A DNA stretch of 64,000 nt, from positions 1-64,000 of the forward strand of contig NW_026863245.1 in the NCBI RefSeq assembly GCF_026571515.1. Reading direction: 5' to 3'. The notes below the pieces were generated by a model. The model saw only the letters and a list, made by a program, of their open reading frames with translations. It searched no databases and had not been told where the DNA came from. A program made the position numbers and the translations under genes. Of this stretch, positions 1 through 13,256 are shown one piece after another. Source of the stretch: Ruditapes philippinarum (taxonomy: Eukaryota). Within the stretch, counting starts at the first letter, position 1. Each line of letters starts with the position of its first letter.

Positions 1-1389
1 TAAACACATTTTGAGGTTGATCGTCAAAGGAGATCTATATAGTCAAATTCACATGATACTGAAATCTGTTAGAGCATCAAAACATACCTCGTACATCCTC
101 AAGGGACTGACCGTTATGTTTTAATCATTTGCAGACCCAATCAAACAGTGATTTTCGATAATATGTTTCGACATTCCATGCAACACATTACATACATGAA
201 GACAATGTACTTATGACAATAAATTGATTTTAATACCTCGTAGTTCGGCTTTCATTTAAGGGAAAAGATATAAAAATTGAGTAGTAAAATATCAGGGGAG
301 TATAGAGAATAAGAAACATACTGTAAAACTTGTTTATTTACATGAAGTTTGGGATGCATGCGCCGGAGCGATGTTATGATGTACATGTAGGATGATTTGT
401 TGATTTTATCCGTGTGTTTTCGTTTCATCGCTCTACGGAAATGTTGACTCAAATTCTGCATAAAATGTATAACGAATAGGTTTGCTCACACTCAAATATA
501 AGTTAATTCCATTAGAAACCATTAGAAATACGACTTTTTTAAATTTCAATAAGATTTTTTGTGATTACTGACCTATTTAAAGCACGGTGCCTACTTAGAA
601 ATGGAAAATAAAATCTACTTCTAATACGAGTTGATGACAAGTTTTTTTTAAACGGCGAATTTGGTGCTAACAAAACAGACGATTCTTTTCAAATATTGAT
701 ACCATGTTTTCATCTACAGTCATTATGTTACATTGTATTTAATAAAGTTTGCACCTAATGTGTTGTATAAGCAGCATCTACACGATATTGTTTCTGTACA
801 CATCTAACAGTTTGAAATCTGTCGAGCTGCAATCATTCGCAACTTTTTCTTTGAGGTTCGATTTACATTTCATTAGGATAAATATTTTTTTTACACTCAA
901 GAAGAGTTTTGGCGCGCCCGACGTGTTTTTTCTTTTCGATATTACGTCACTTTTCTAGGGCTTCACTCCGTGAACGGCACTCCCCCTGGTATTTTTTTGT
1001 ATTTAATAACAGGTGTACCTTTTTATGTCGTTCATACTCTGAGTCGTAATGTTAAAATCTAATGTCCAAATTCATAACTTGATTATTTAAAAAGCTATTT
1101 ATTTGTTAATTATAAGAATGATTTAATGTTAATGTGACTATTTATTTTAATGCACTTGTTACGATATATAGTAACAAATTCGCCTATGATTTACATTGAT
1201 TTAAGTGTCATGTGACATTTATGAGCTTGCAGTCCAGGCCGAAAACTCGTAATCATTATCGGCCCGCTGAACACGAGTAAGTGAACTTGTAAACTAAAAC
1301 AATGACGTCACATTTCACGTCATCAAAACAACTGTTAAAGTCAAAGAAGGTTTAAAGCATGAAATGTTTGATTCTGTGACAAAGCTTAA

Positions 1390-1745
1390 AGGAACTCCAC
1401 TGAGGTCCAACAGCCTAAAATAATGAATTTTGAAATTCTTTCTAAATCAACTAGTACATTTGAATTTGAAACCAAGCAATAGATGATATATAAATATACA
1501 CGGTATTAAATTGATAATCGATTGTATGCAATTTATGGCCGGTTTGAGTGAAAAGCGTTTAAACGGTTTTCATTTATTGGGCCAATTTTCACAACAAAAT
1601 TGATTATTTCTGGGAAACAGAGTAAGAGCGAATGATTTGAAATTTTGTACACGAGTTATTGGTCTAGACATACATCTAGTTATACAAAAATCTTGAAAAA
1701 AATATTTTTGGTCCCTTCACGTCAAAAAACCTCAGTGGAGTCCCT
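1390..1745. mobile_element. Non-autonomous TTAA-target DNA transposon (Kolobok-like MITE)
   Basis: TTAA|aggaactccactgagg ... cctcagtggagtccct|TTAA. Terminal inverted repeats with TTAA duplication and purine-purine termini. Confidence 0.8.
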
Positions 1746-2814
1746 TTAAGCGTGTTTTGTACAAACACAGTTTCATTCAAATATAAGAACAATAAAAAGT
1801 ACTACAACTTCAATCCGAGAAAATGAAAATAAAACTTCCTTCGTGATTCTTGTGTACTTCGTATTCACATAAGAGACGCATCTCTGTCGTAGTAACTGTA
1901 CAATAGAACTTTACATAGCTTTAAATAGTTGTGAAACTTTGTGAATCTACTCTTATCCTATTAAATATGTTACTTTGTAAATTTATTACTGGAAACACGT
2001 TTTTTAAACTTTATTTTCTGTTTTCGAATTTTACAATTGTTATGTCTTAGGCATACATATAGATATCGATAAGTGTGATATTTTTATGTATTATATTAAA
2101 TGGAAAGTACGAACATGTAATTTTTTTATTTCGTATTTTTTCATGTTAGGTTAATTGTTTATATCTATATGTAAACGTGTTATCTTCGATTAAAAGATAC
2201 AGTATAAAATGCTAGGCATACAAGTTCGCATTTTCAAAAGAAGTTTTCAAACGGAACACTTTACATGTCTGGAACTTTGGCAACGAATGCCTTCCGTAAA
2301 TAGTTTGCTCTTTAATTATTTAATTTTTGTTAACATTTGAACGTTTCAGATGATCGTCTCAGACTTTATCATTTTATTTAAATGCAGATGATGAAAAAAA
2401 TACATGCAGCCAAGCAGAAGTACGTACACTCTATCGAAACAACGCCCGCAATTTATCTCAGATGTTATTCTTTTTGGATTATTCTTTCCAATAAATTGGT
2501 GTTGCGAACAACATTACACTAAAGCCAAGCGGGAAAGTTGTTACACTTTTTATTTTTTATTACGCCCAGACACAGTAAAACCGATTTTTTCGTAATACAT
2601 GTAAATAAAGTTAACATTAATAACAGTAAGTACTGTTTTTTTTATATCACAAAATTTCAAGAAATATGTCAGCACAAATCGTTGAAATTTACCCTGGATG
2701 TGCTACATGTTCGGTGATTCTCTCATTTATCTTCACTCTTTCAGAAAATTTACTTACTTGATAACAAATGCATATTGTCATCATAGAATATACAGAAATA
2801 TATCAATACTAATG

Positions 2815-2820
2815 TTTATT
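2815..2820 (-). terminator. Candidate polyadenylation signal AATAAA of CILP-like A
   Basis: tttatt on the plus strand, ~135 nt downstream of the stop codon. Confidence 0.4.
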
Positions 2821-2954
2821 AGAATAACAAACTTTATAATAGAACTGACAATAACTTCAGTTTTGTAAGAAACATGATCGACAATCTAAACGGAATCATG
2901 AATGATATTATGTAAATTGTTGCCTTTACATTTTGTTACAACTATGTAGGGAGA

Positions 2955-5900
2955 TCAATTAAATGTACATGAAAATGTCACAGCTGTTCCAATGTCAGGA
3001 TTATCCGAAGATATGTCCATTGGAATTCCAGACTGACATTCTTTTTTAGCCGTGCTCCGAGCTGATTCGATATCTTCACTTGATGTTGTTGCTGAGTATA
3101 TACCAAGGCTTGGTGAGCTTGCAGTAGGAGCATAAAATACAAATATTGCTTCGTTTTGTGGTTCCGGATTTATCTCAGAAAACTTGCTTATAAGTTCTTC
3201 ACTATAGCTTTCAATAGCACATGCAGTTGGTATTGAACTTATATATTGAATTTCTACTTTTGTATTATCAAAATCATTATTAGAGTGCTCTTCGTTAAAT
3301 GTTCCGCTGCATTTATACTCCAAACAGACAGACGATGAATTTGACATATGCGTTTCCCTGATACCTAATATTTCATTTGATATGTTTTTGTTTGTTCCCC
3401 CATACGAAGTCACACGAACTTTTATGTTTTTATGTGTATTAAGTATAGACTTAATCTTCACAAAACATACTCGATGTCCCTCTTGTCTTTTTGGATACCA
3501 GACCCTTTGACTCACTACTTTAACAGCGTTTGCGTCATATGAGCTTAAATCATTGAAATGTCTAAATGTGTAAACATCTTCTAAAGTATTCTGGAAATGA
3601 AATTTAAAATGGTTTCCATCTTGTGTATTTGTGATACAAGAATGATGAGTTTCAAAAAATGGTCCATTTGAACTTATTTTGAATTTTAATTCTAAATGAG
3701 GATCAGATGAACTTGCGGAATAGCTGATTAATTGTTGTTGTGCAAAAGATAATCCTATTTTTGTGTTATCAGATTGGTATGCAGGCAAAAGGTATTCAGC
3801 TGTGTTTTTCTCAAAATTACTTATCCAGACTTCAATAAAACCATTCGTTTCATCGCAGATCGTTTTAAAACATGTCCTACTTGTACTAAATGTATGGCCG
3901 TATGTTTCAAATGCTTGATGGCCATCAATATGCAATGCTTGGATAAACAATTGATATTTGCTGTTTGTTATTTCAGATAAATGATTATAATCTTCATAAA
4001 TGCGGATATTGAAAAAACATTCCTTTTTTAAATGTATGTATGTTCCAATGTTTATGTATGATTTAAAATCAAGTTCATTTAACTGAGCAGGTAATTCATC
4101 ACTTACTGGAAACCAAAGTCCGTTCGATGTTTGTAGAGCAAATAAATTTACCGGCGGTTCGATCGTTTCCTTTGAAACAAAGCTAATTTGTTTACCAATT
4201 TTCAAAACATTAAGTGCAGTGTCATAAAAGGCTAACCGAAAAGCTCCAATAGAAGTAATATGAACCTTTTCTCCATTTTGATTAACAGAATAAAGCATTC
4301 CAGGCATGATGTCCAGTTCAGGTACATCTGTAGCATTTAGAAACGTTAAATATACTTTTACAATGCCATCAAATATATTAAGGGAACTGTCAATGAATGA
4401 ATAAGCTGAAACATTCATTATAAGCAGGGAGTTGGTCATGTCAATACCTTGTTCGCATTTTTCTATATCAATTATATTATACTCCGTAGCATTTAATTCG
4501 AACGTACATGTTTCCCTCGCAATATACATATTTGTGTAAATTGTCCCCGTTGTTCCTTCTGAAACATCAATTACGTTTGTTGTTTGGTATTTGTTGCTAA
4601 TGACAGTAATAACAGTGAACCCTAAAAGTTTATCAACCCAAAAAACGTTTAAAAATTTTTTTGTTGGGTAAGTTTTAAAAAACCATTTAAGTAAAACCCG
4701 AATTTAAAAAATTCGTTTGTTCCGTAGTATAAAGTACCTACAATTCGTAAATCGTCAAAAACTACATTTCCCAAAGGGGGGGCTTTGACACTTAGAAAGA
4801 CAAAATTTTTCCTCCCCAAAAAACAGTATTGGGTTAAAATTTGCCCATGGAAACCCAAATTTTGATTTTTTAAACAAAGAAAAATGTCCAGATTCAATAA
4901 GGTCGGGGCTTCTACAAAACTGTCTATTTGCAAAAAAACTTCGTAAAGAAAGCTGTATTGAATTTGGGTTTTATACATCTTGGCAAAAATAAATTTTTTT
5001 TGCCCCAGAGTAAATTCGCAAAAAATTTTAACCAAGGGGAAATTCAATTTAAAAAAAATAAAAATTAAAAAGTATAAGAGAAAAGGGTAAATTTTTGTGA
5101 TTTTATAACAACTTTATATGTAAAAAAACATATTTTATTAAAAATTTAAAATTTGATAAGGGAGGGGTAAAACTATAAACTTTTTTATTTGCTAAGTTTT
5201 TTTGTTTTTACATTCGATTAAAGTTTTAAAAAAACTGTTGGAAATACCCCCAAAATTTGGAAAATTTTCCTTCAAGTAAAACCGGGGCCCTTTTTTTTTA
5301 TTTTAAAGATGAATTTTAAGTAAATGTATTTTATTGTATCCCAATGAATGAACAATTTTTTATTTATATACCTTTTTTAAAAGTAGTTTGCTTCCTCAAT
5401 CAAAACTTCCAGGGATTTAGAGTTCGCCCCAATCTATAATATCCCGATTAGATCGGAAAAATTGGCTGGGGTAATGTTCGCCATAAAAAGGAAAAAAATG
5501 GGTTTATTTTAGAAACAATTTTCCTGTTCCTGAAAATAGGCAAAATGACAACAATATCAATATAAATAATAAACAATATCAAAATAAGCAATTTTTTGCT
5601 TAGAAAATTTTGATAGAACCTCTTTTAAAAAAATGATTTTATAGTATTTTAAAATTTTTTATGCATTCATGTTTTGAAATTTTATAATAACTTAATAAAA
5701 CTTTTGGATTTTTTAAATTATAAAAGAGTTTAAAAATAGAGTGTTATACCCATCATAATTATGACATTTGGGATGCATTGATGATGAGCAACAAGAGTAA
5801 AAATTTATCATTCCCTTCTATCTAGTTTTATTGGGGCTGTACCATTAAAATTCCTGGGTTTTTTTTGATAATGAAAGAAAATAGAAATAACAGAAGTGCG

Positions 5901-8900
5901 ATATTTTTTCTAAATTTAATGGTAGAAGTGTTTTGTTTTTAAAACATGTTTGTTTAGGTTTCAAGATCAAAATTATTATTTTATTNNNNNNNNNNNNNNN
6001 NNNNNNNNNNNNNNNNNNNNNNNNNNNNNNNNNNNNNNNNNNNNNNNNNNNNNNNNNNNNNNNNNNNNNNNNNNNNNNNNNNNNNNNNNNNNNNNNNNNN
6101 NNNNNNNNNNNNNNNNNNNNNNNNNNNNNNNNNNTGGGATCCTCCTGGGCTCCTTGCCACTGGCTCTTGTTACTGAGTCGGGTGGGGTTGCGTTCATTGT
6201 TTATCATATTTTACATATTTGAATAGCTTTAGAATTCGTAAATGTCATACCATTTTTTGTTGACATTGCAAATTATTTCCTCAGGCTGACTTGACAAGCA
6301 GATGTAGAATATCCTGATTTTTCGACGTAAATACTAGCATCATCACAAACGACATCTGTTGAAAACATTCCAAAATCTTCAGAGTATGCAATAGCTCTGA
6401 ACTGACTTCCGTTTATAAAAATAGCAGCGTCAGATACAGTGTCATTCATCGTTGTTTTAACATATCCTTGTCTTGTCTTGTTACACAAACACTCGTCGCA
6501 AGTTTGGGTTAGCTCGCCTTCATTACATATAATCGAACAATCTGGAATAACACAAGAAACCGGTATTTTGAACTTTTAAACATATTACCTGCAATATTAA
6601 TTGAGCGTTATATTTTGTATTTTATTAGAAATATCGGAAGACTTTTATATTTTTCTGGTCCTTCGGGATCATTGATGGCAGCACTATTAAGTGTTGAGAA
6701 TTGAGTACTGCTCAAGCCGGTGCTAGGGAGCGTGAGGGATGTTGCACTTATTCATTATCCCTCATGTACAGATTCAATCAAACCGAGGGATCACTTTGTT
6801 AACAGATTTTTAATAAACTAAAATATCAATATGACATGAAATCGTTGATTTAGGGTCACAATGTCAATCATTTAAAATGCTTAGAAATACCTGGACAGTT
6901 CCAAACGGAGCATTGTCGTTGTTGTAAACTGTCTCCAACACAATTCAATGCAGAAACAGTTTTATTACAGGTTCTTAAACGGGACTGAGTACCTCCGCTG
7001 CAAGTGACATCACAGTCATTCCATGACGACCATAGTGTCCATAACCCATATTCTGCTTACAATAATACATTTGATACACATTTCACACATACTTTAAAAT
7101 ATAAAATGAAATTGATTGACGACATTTTACGATATCATTGTGTTTTTATGGCTATACACACTATACAAAGCTATTAAAACCACTTATAAGCCGGAAAGTT
7201 CTGCAATTATAGCTGAACAAATAAGCATATGAAAATACAATATATCTAAATACTAGCAGACGACATGTACATATACATGAAGATCTACATTAAAATATAT
7301 ATTCAGCAATTCAAAAATAAGTGTTATATGTGACTTGTCATATATTTACAGTGGTTAAGAAATAGTACTGTTTAATTTGTACATCACTTATATTAAGCAA
7401 ATATGCATAACTGAATAATTTATACTGTCCAGATCATAGTAATCTATTTGTCTTTTCAGCTACTTAAAGCATTGAAATGTTAACACATTTATTCTAAAAA
7501 TAAAATTCACAATTAAATCACCTGGACAAATTGTATTTACACAACTTTTTACTTCGACATAATTCCCTGAGCAAACTGTATTTTGAAAGTCCGATTTGTC
7601 GCATTCACGATATCGAAGATGAATTCCATTTCCACAGGTGGCGCTGCAGTCTGTCCACGTTCCCCATTGTAACCATATGCCTAAATGTTTATATAGGAGA
7701 AAATTATATGAGAAATATAATATTATCTTTTTCACTTAATTGATTGAGTAGTGTTTGTGTGTGCGTGTGTGCGCGTGTGTGTATGTGTGTGATGAACATA
7801 TTTCCTGAATTCTGGTTTTGATTCATTCTGATTGTAATTTACACTAACTTTGTCAATAGATTCAGTGACAGTTCTTAAATTACAAAAATTGTTCATACAG
7901 TTTTTATTTCAGATTCTATTAAAACAAATTATCTTAAAACAGTTATTACGATTTTAAGTAAAAAATTATAGTTCATAACACTAAGGAATAGATAAGAGAT
8001 TAATCCGCACACGTTTCGAAATAATTAATCATTTATTTTGGCTTCCTATTATGCTTCACTTTCACTATCTAATTGATATGCTTTAGTCTTTCAAATCATA
8101 TGATTCAACACTGTATCGGCATTTAATTCAATTTATTTTCTTTATGTTTAGATTTGATAGATATTTTATATTGTACAATGTAGTACTAAGTAAATGTAAA
8201 TGACCATGTCGTTTCGTCTTAGGTTACTAAATAGTAACTTTCCCGACTTTACCTTTGCGTACATTTTTTCTAGTATTGATTTTAAGTTTTTGTTTTCTTT
8301 TTAAAGAACTTTAACGGGGGTACAAACAATATATAATTTATAAGTCGTGACTAATTTGAAACGCATATCCGTTACATTAGAGCGATTGGATACTGTATTT
8401 TATAACATTGTAAACAAAGTTAACAAAATGCATTATTACTTAAAACATTAAGTTTGAGCTAAACACATAACGTGTATTTAAGATATTGTTTGAGACATTT
8501 TATACAATGTAAAAAGCATTTACAACTTTGATCAATTCGACTTCTTTACGCATAATATCCTATTGTTTTCAATAACAGACAAGGAAGTGATGTGATCTAA
8601 TTATTGCATTCAATGTGAATTCCCCTGCAAAGTTATGACTGAAATGTTCAATTTAAAATTATGAGACAAAAACATCTTCTCTCTCTAAAACAAAAGAAGC
8701 ATTGTTCATAGATATGCGCCAATTGGCAAATTAGCAAGATTAAAATAAATTGGAATTTATCTATTGCGGCCAAGGTGAAATACCCTTGCAAAGATATAAC
8801 AGAAATGTTATTTTTAAAGATGAAAGACATAGGTTCTCGCTCCAGAACAATAAGCACTGATGATAGATTTGCGTCATTGGCAAATAAGCAAGGTTAGAAT

Positions 8901-11900
8901 CAGATACTCAAACACTGATATTCAAATGTAATGTACAAGTGACAAAAATCATAAATGTGTGTTTTAAAATTCTGGTTAGGAAAAACAATTAATTGATAAT
9001 TGCTGACACGGTTTTATTGAGGGTTTTCATTAGATGTTATAGAAAGTGTATTGCCTCTCATTGAAATCAGTTCTAATTTAAGTAGCATACAATCCTCCTC
9101 AACACTAAAAAGTATTGGAACCAACGGTCCAAAAAAAATGTTCGGACAAGTAATCTTGTCGTTTTAATGACGAAGCATTTTCTACATAATTGAATGAAAA
9201 ACGTAAACAAAAGACTCTCCATTTCATTTAAACAAATCCCGAAAGTATTTTAAATTACTGTTAAAGTGGCCCTCAGTTTATATTTTCTGTTGAGAAAGCA
9301 ATTCATTATTGTTTCAAAGTAAGTATAATATACTTAAGGACAATGAAAACGCACGCCCGCACTTTATGCATTTTATTACATGAAAACAAAACACTAACGA
9401 CTCCATTAGATATATATCATAACTTTATACAAAACGCAAACTTAACAACTGAAAATAATTCAATTTTTTTTAAATTAAATGTACACCAGTAAATCGAAGA
9501 ACCTGAGGTGAAAATCCCAAAATCACACTTTTTCATCACAGTAATGCAACCTTAACAAAGGAAAAACCCAAAATGAAAATCTAAAACAAAGTCACTCATA
9601 AATGTCTATTCGTAATATGTCACCGTCGGGATCTTTAGAAACGACAATGTCCCCTATCAGCGTCTCTTACAGATGTACATCGTCGCCTCAAAGACCTTAC
9701 GGTGCGGATAGTCGCCTGTGGAATCTGACGCCATTCGGCCTGTAGTGTAGTGCGAAAACGCTAGTGAAGCCGAGAAATTGTAGACCGATGGACACCAAAA
9801 CGGTTGGCGCTTTGTTTGTAAGATAGACCAGACGGAATCTGTTTTAAATCTACCCAGCGGTTATTTCTTTGCAGAACCATTGCATACAATTTTCTAGCTA
9901 GTCTTCAGTAGTGTTTGAAATTAAGCACCTAGAGGAAAAGTGTGTTTATGCAATTTGCATGTGAGCTTTTATGATTTCTAAAACTGGCCATTGGCATAGT
10001 TTAATATTCATTTTCAGAAAGATTTTAATTGCTCATTTGTATCTAACATTGCTAGAAAGGTGTGAAAACAAGTAAATAATTAACAGTTTAAAAAAATAAA
10101 TAATTTCATTTCATAAAGTAACCATGAATTGGTTCAATCTGTTTTCTGTTGTGATCTTATCACAATTAGCCAAAAGTGTTACTTTTGATTTTTCGGGTAC
10201 TGTCTTCATTATGCAATAGCTTCATTAAAATGCGATCATTTTTCATATATTTGGTATCTAAATGACCGGAATGCATACGGTTTTATGAAACTGTGAAAAA
10301 ATATTTAAAAGAAATATATTTTTCTTGTTAAAATGCAATTATCCCGACCGTGCGTTTTCATTGTCCTTAAGTATAGTAATTTTATCTTGTAAAAATGCGT
10401 CCTATCACTATTAAGCCTTTTTTAAACAGCGTTCCCACAGTTTTATAACGAGTCAGTGACGTTCGTTTCTAAATAAAAAGATCTGGTAACGAATTATTCG
10501 CTTTACTAATTTAGATATAGAGAGGGGACCGGTAGATTAGAGGTATCGGGGAGTCTCCTTATTGTTTATGAGTTTTTTCGACGGCAAGTTACATTTTCTT
10601 ACTTAATTCTTTTGACTTGACAGTGATATGAAACGATTTATCTAAAAATAACATATTTAATTTTTAGAAAAGCTAAAGGCCGCCCTAGCTATAAAACAAT
10701 TTAATTAAATGATTACCTAATCAAATGGAAATGGTGGGATATCATTGCCAGAAACTACATTGAATTCAACAGAAACGAAATAATCGTTAAATCTAGATCT
10801 GGCAAAAAAATCAATTCAACCAAAGATTTTCGTCTGTATTTTCTGTTGACCTTGCTTTAAAATATACAAGGACAAGACAAGGTGATATCATTGATGTAAA
10901 TTTTAGGGGTTTTCAGACTTTTTTAGATTAGGCATGCTATTCATATAATGCCAAAATGCAACACATAAAATTATTATGGGCCGACTTTGTTTTAATCGTT
11001 TACAATTGCAAGGCCAATGTATGACTTGTAGATATCATTTTATCAGTCCATAACAATAATCTTCTAAAATATATAACCATATTTCAACATAGATGCCAAT
11101 ATTGAACAATAAAACATGCAAATCACTGTTTTGCTATCGTAATACTTAGACGCAACTAAATAGAGAACATTTTAGCTGATCATGCAGTTTATTAGATATT
11201 ATCTAAAGAATTGTTTGATATGAATACTATAATTAAGACCAGATAATGCATTCTTATTTTTTAGGGTTTCTAAACATTTTTCTACGGACAGTGTTGTTGT
11301 TGTTGTGTCAGTCTGCCGGTTATCTTATAAGACATATTTAATTCCTGATTTTATATTTTAACACATGTTTTACCGCTTGCATCCTTTTAGAGTAAAAAGT
11401 CAAAATTGTATTTAAATATTTGTTAGTAAATCAAAATCTACCTGTCATATTGTTTATTGTTTTGCTTATACGATAGAATTGCAAGGGTTCATGTCAGATT
11501 GATTATGTTCGTGAACAGTAATGGTAAGTAAGGTTACCATTTCTGCCACTATTAAATATTAATATAAATTTGACAATCAACTACGTATCATGGTTAAAGC
11601 TACTCTCCCACAAAACGGGTTGAAAAACATCAACATATTTGTTTACAGTTATTAAATATGCATAGAAGTGAACTTTGCAGTTTTTACGAGATAACTGTGA
11701 CCTAACGGTTGTTATGTTTCACTTGACACAGTTATGAACAGCAACCCTTTTATCACACCCGTGAACATGTTGCGAGGACAGCTTGGTGCAGGTAGAACTT
11801 ACTAATATATAAATAGCAGTTTGACATCGGATGGCCAATATTTGTTCTTCTTTTTTGTCTCTTTTTATAGACATATTTTTCTATGATATTTTGTGCAGAA

Positions 11901-13256
11901 ATAGATTGCAGGATAAAAAACAATACCAAGCGCATACCAATACTGTTCTACCCACAACCAACGGATCTACCTGCAACCAGTTAACGGGTGTGTGTATAAT
12001 TTAAGCCAATATTTACAAAATAAAACGTTACAGCGGTTTAAAATTACAGCATCATAAACATAGCAAAAATGTTAATGGTTTTTCTTCGGACAAGACATTT
12101 ATTTATCATCTAGTTCCAAATAAATGCACAAGTCTATGGTTAAATTTTATTTTTTTAATGACATTTTATTTCAAAAACGCCCAAACGACAATATGTGGGA
12201 TAGTAACTTTAATTAAAAAAGAAGAAAAGAACATATATTTCTATATGAAGCACGTACATATTTATTTTATTTAATAAAGTAATCATATTTCTTTTAAATA
12301 GAATATAACCAATTATCTTACCAAGTGTAGAACTTGGAGTTGTTGATGATGATGTTGAGGTTAAAGTCGTACTACTACCGGATTCAATCATTGTGATTGT
12401 TGACGTTTGATCTTGCTGATGTGTCGACTCACTACTACTGTGACCATTTAATGTTGTCGACAAAGTTTCTTGCGCAGCTGTCGATACAGGTGCACTTGTT
12501 TCTTGCGTATGTGTCGATGTTGATGAACTTGTGCTAGTTGTAACTGTTGACAATGTTTCTTGTGGAAGTGGCATCTGCGTGGTACTCTCGCTTGTCTTTT
12601 CAGAAGTTGATGTGCGGTGATACTCAGGCAGTGCAGTTGTACTTCCTTTATTTTCTAAACCAAAAAGTAAACAAAAAGCAAGGTATGAGATTTAAATGAT
12701 AAGAAAAACGAGTTGTTATAGATGTTAAGTTATCTGATGCATTTTTTTCAACAGGTTTACGAAACCTGATTAAAAGTGGTTTTAGTTCAAATCATATGTA
12801 AACGAAATAATTAATCGTTAAACAAATCATTATGCAAAAGAAATGACAAAAGCAAAGTTTTCTTTCTTACTTACGTTTGTCGTATCCGCTTTCCTCATCA
12901 TTATTATTCCGAGTTGAAACAACAATCAATGCCACACTTAATCCTATAATCAGGCATATATTAGCTGCTATCAAAACACACTTGCATACTTTTTTAATTT
13001 TAGGTTTTACAGATGATTTGATTTCAACAAGAGGAGCTTGACTACTGGTAGTGGTGTTGATTGAACCACTTCTAGTGCTTCTACCACGGTCTATACTATG
13101 ACACGACGGTGGTATATTTTGAAATGTTCCTTCAAATTTATTTGAAACGTCTGAAAAAAGTTCTTCACTGACTGTTGAATACGATTTTTCTCTGAGTAAG
13201 AGATCTCTCATTGAAATTGCACTGTGTTCTCTTTCATACTTTTTAGATAATTCCAT
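2955..13256 (-). CDS. CILP: CILP-like protein, paralog A (TM + Ser/Thr stalk + 2xTSP1 + CarboxypepD_reg-like + Ig + CILP C-terminal region); 8 coding exons, partly in low-quality sequence
   Basis: Exons with GT-AG boundaries and matching phase 1: 13256-12875 (TM CVLIAANICLIIGLSVALIVVST), 12654-12322 (Thr/Ser-rich), 7680-7522 (TSP1 WLQWGTWTDCSATCGNG), 7052-6891 (TSP1 WTLWSSW), 6541-6251 (DCSIICNEG...; apparent TAA at 6275-6273). Degraded Ig exons at ~5865-5750 and ~5510-5372. Last exon ~5040-2955, clean from ~4620. The C-terminus carries CILP-type motifs (WYPKRQEGHRVCFVKIK, SYGGTN, CLEYKCSG) and is collinear with paralog B. Confidence 0.8.
7753..7791. repeat. (GT/GC)n microsatellite
   Basis: gtgtttgtgtgtgcgtgtgtgcgcgtgtgtgtatgtgtgtg. 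Confidence 0.8.
9338..10366. mobile_element. Non-autonomous TTAA-target DNA transposon (Kolobok-like) in intron 2 of CILP-like A
   Basis: TTAA|ggacaatgaaaacgcacg ... cgtgcgttttcattgtcc|TTAA; perfect 18-bp TIR, no long ORF inside. Confidence 0.85.

Noticed and set aside
5845-6226. ORFs spanning N-runs (also 14520-14831 and 62988-63302)
   Set aside because: Open only because N codons hide stops.
2955-6541. Calling CILP-like A a pseudogene
   Set aside because: Lesions cluster in homopolymer-corrupted sequence beside a gap while long flanking exons are intact; assembly error is more likely, though not proven.
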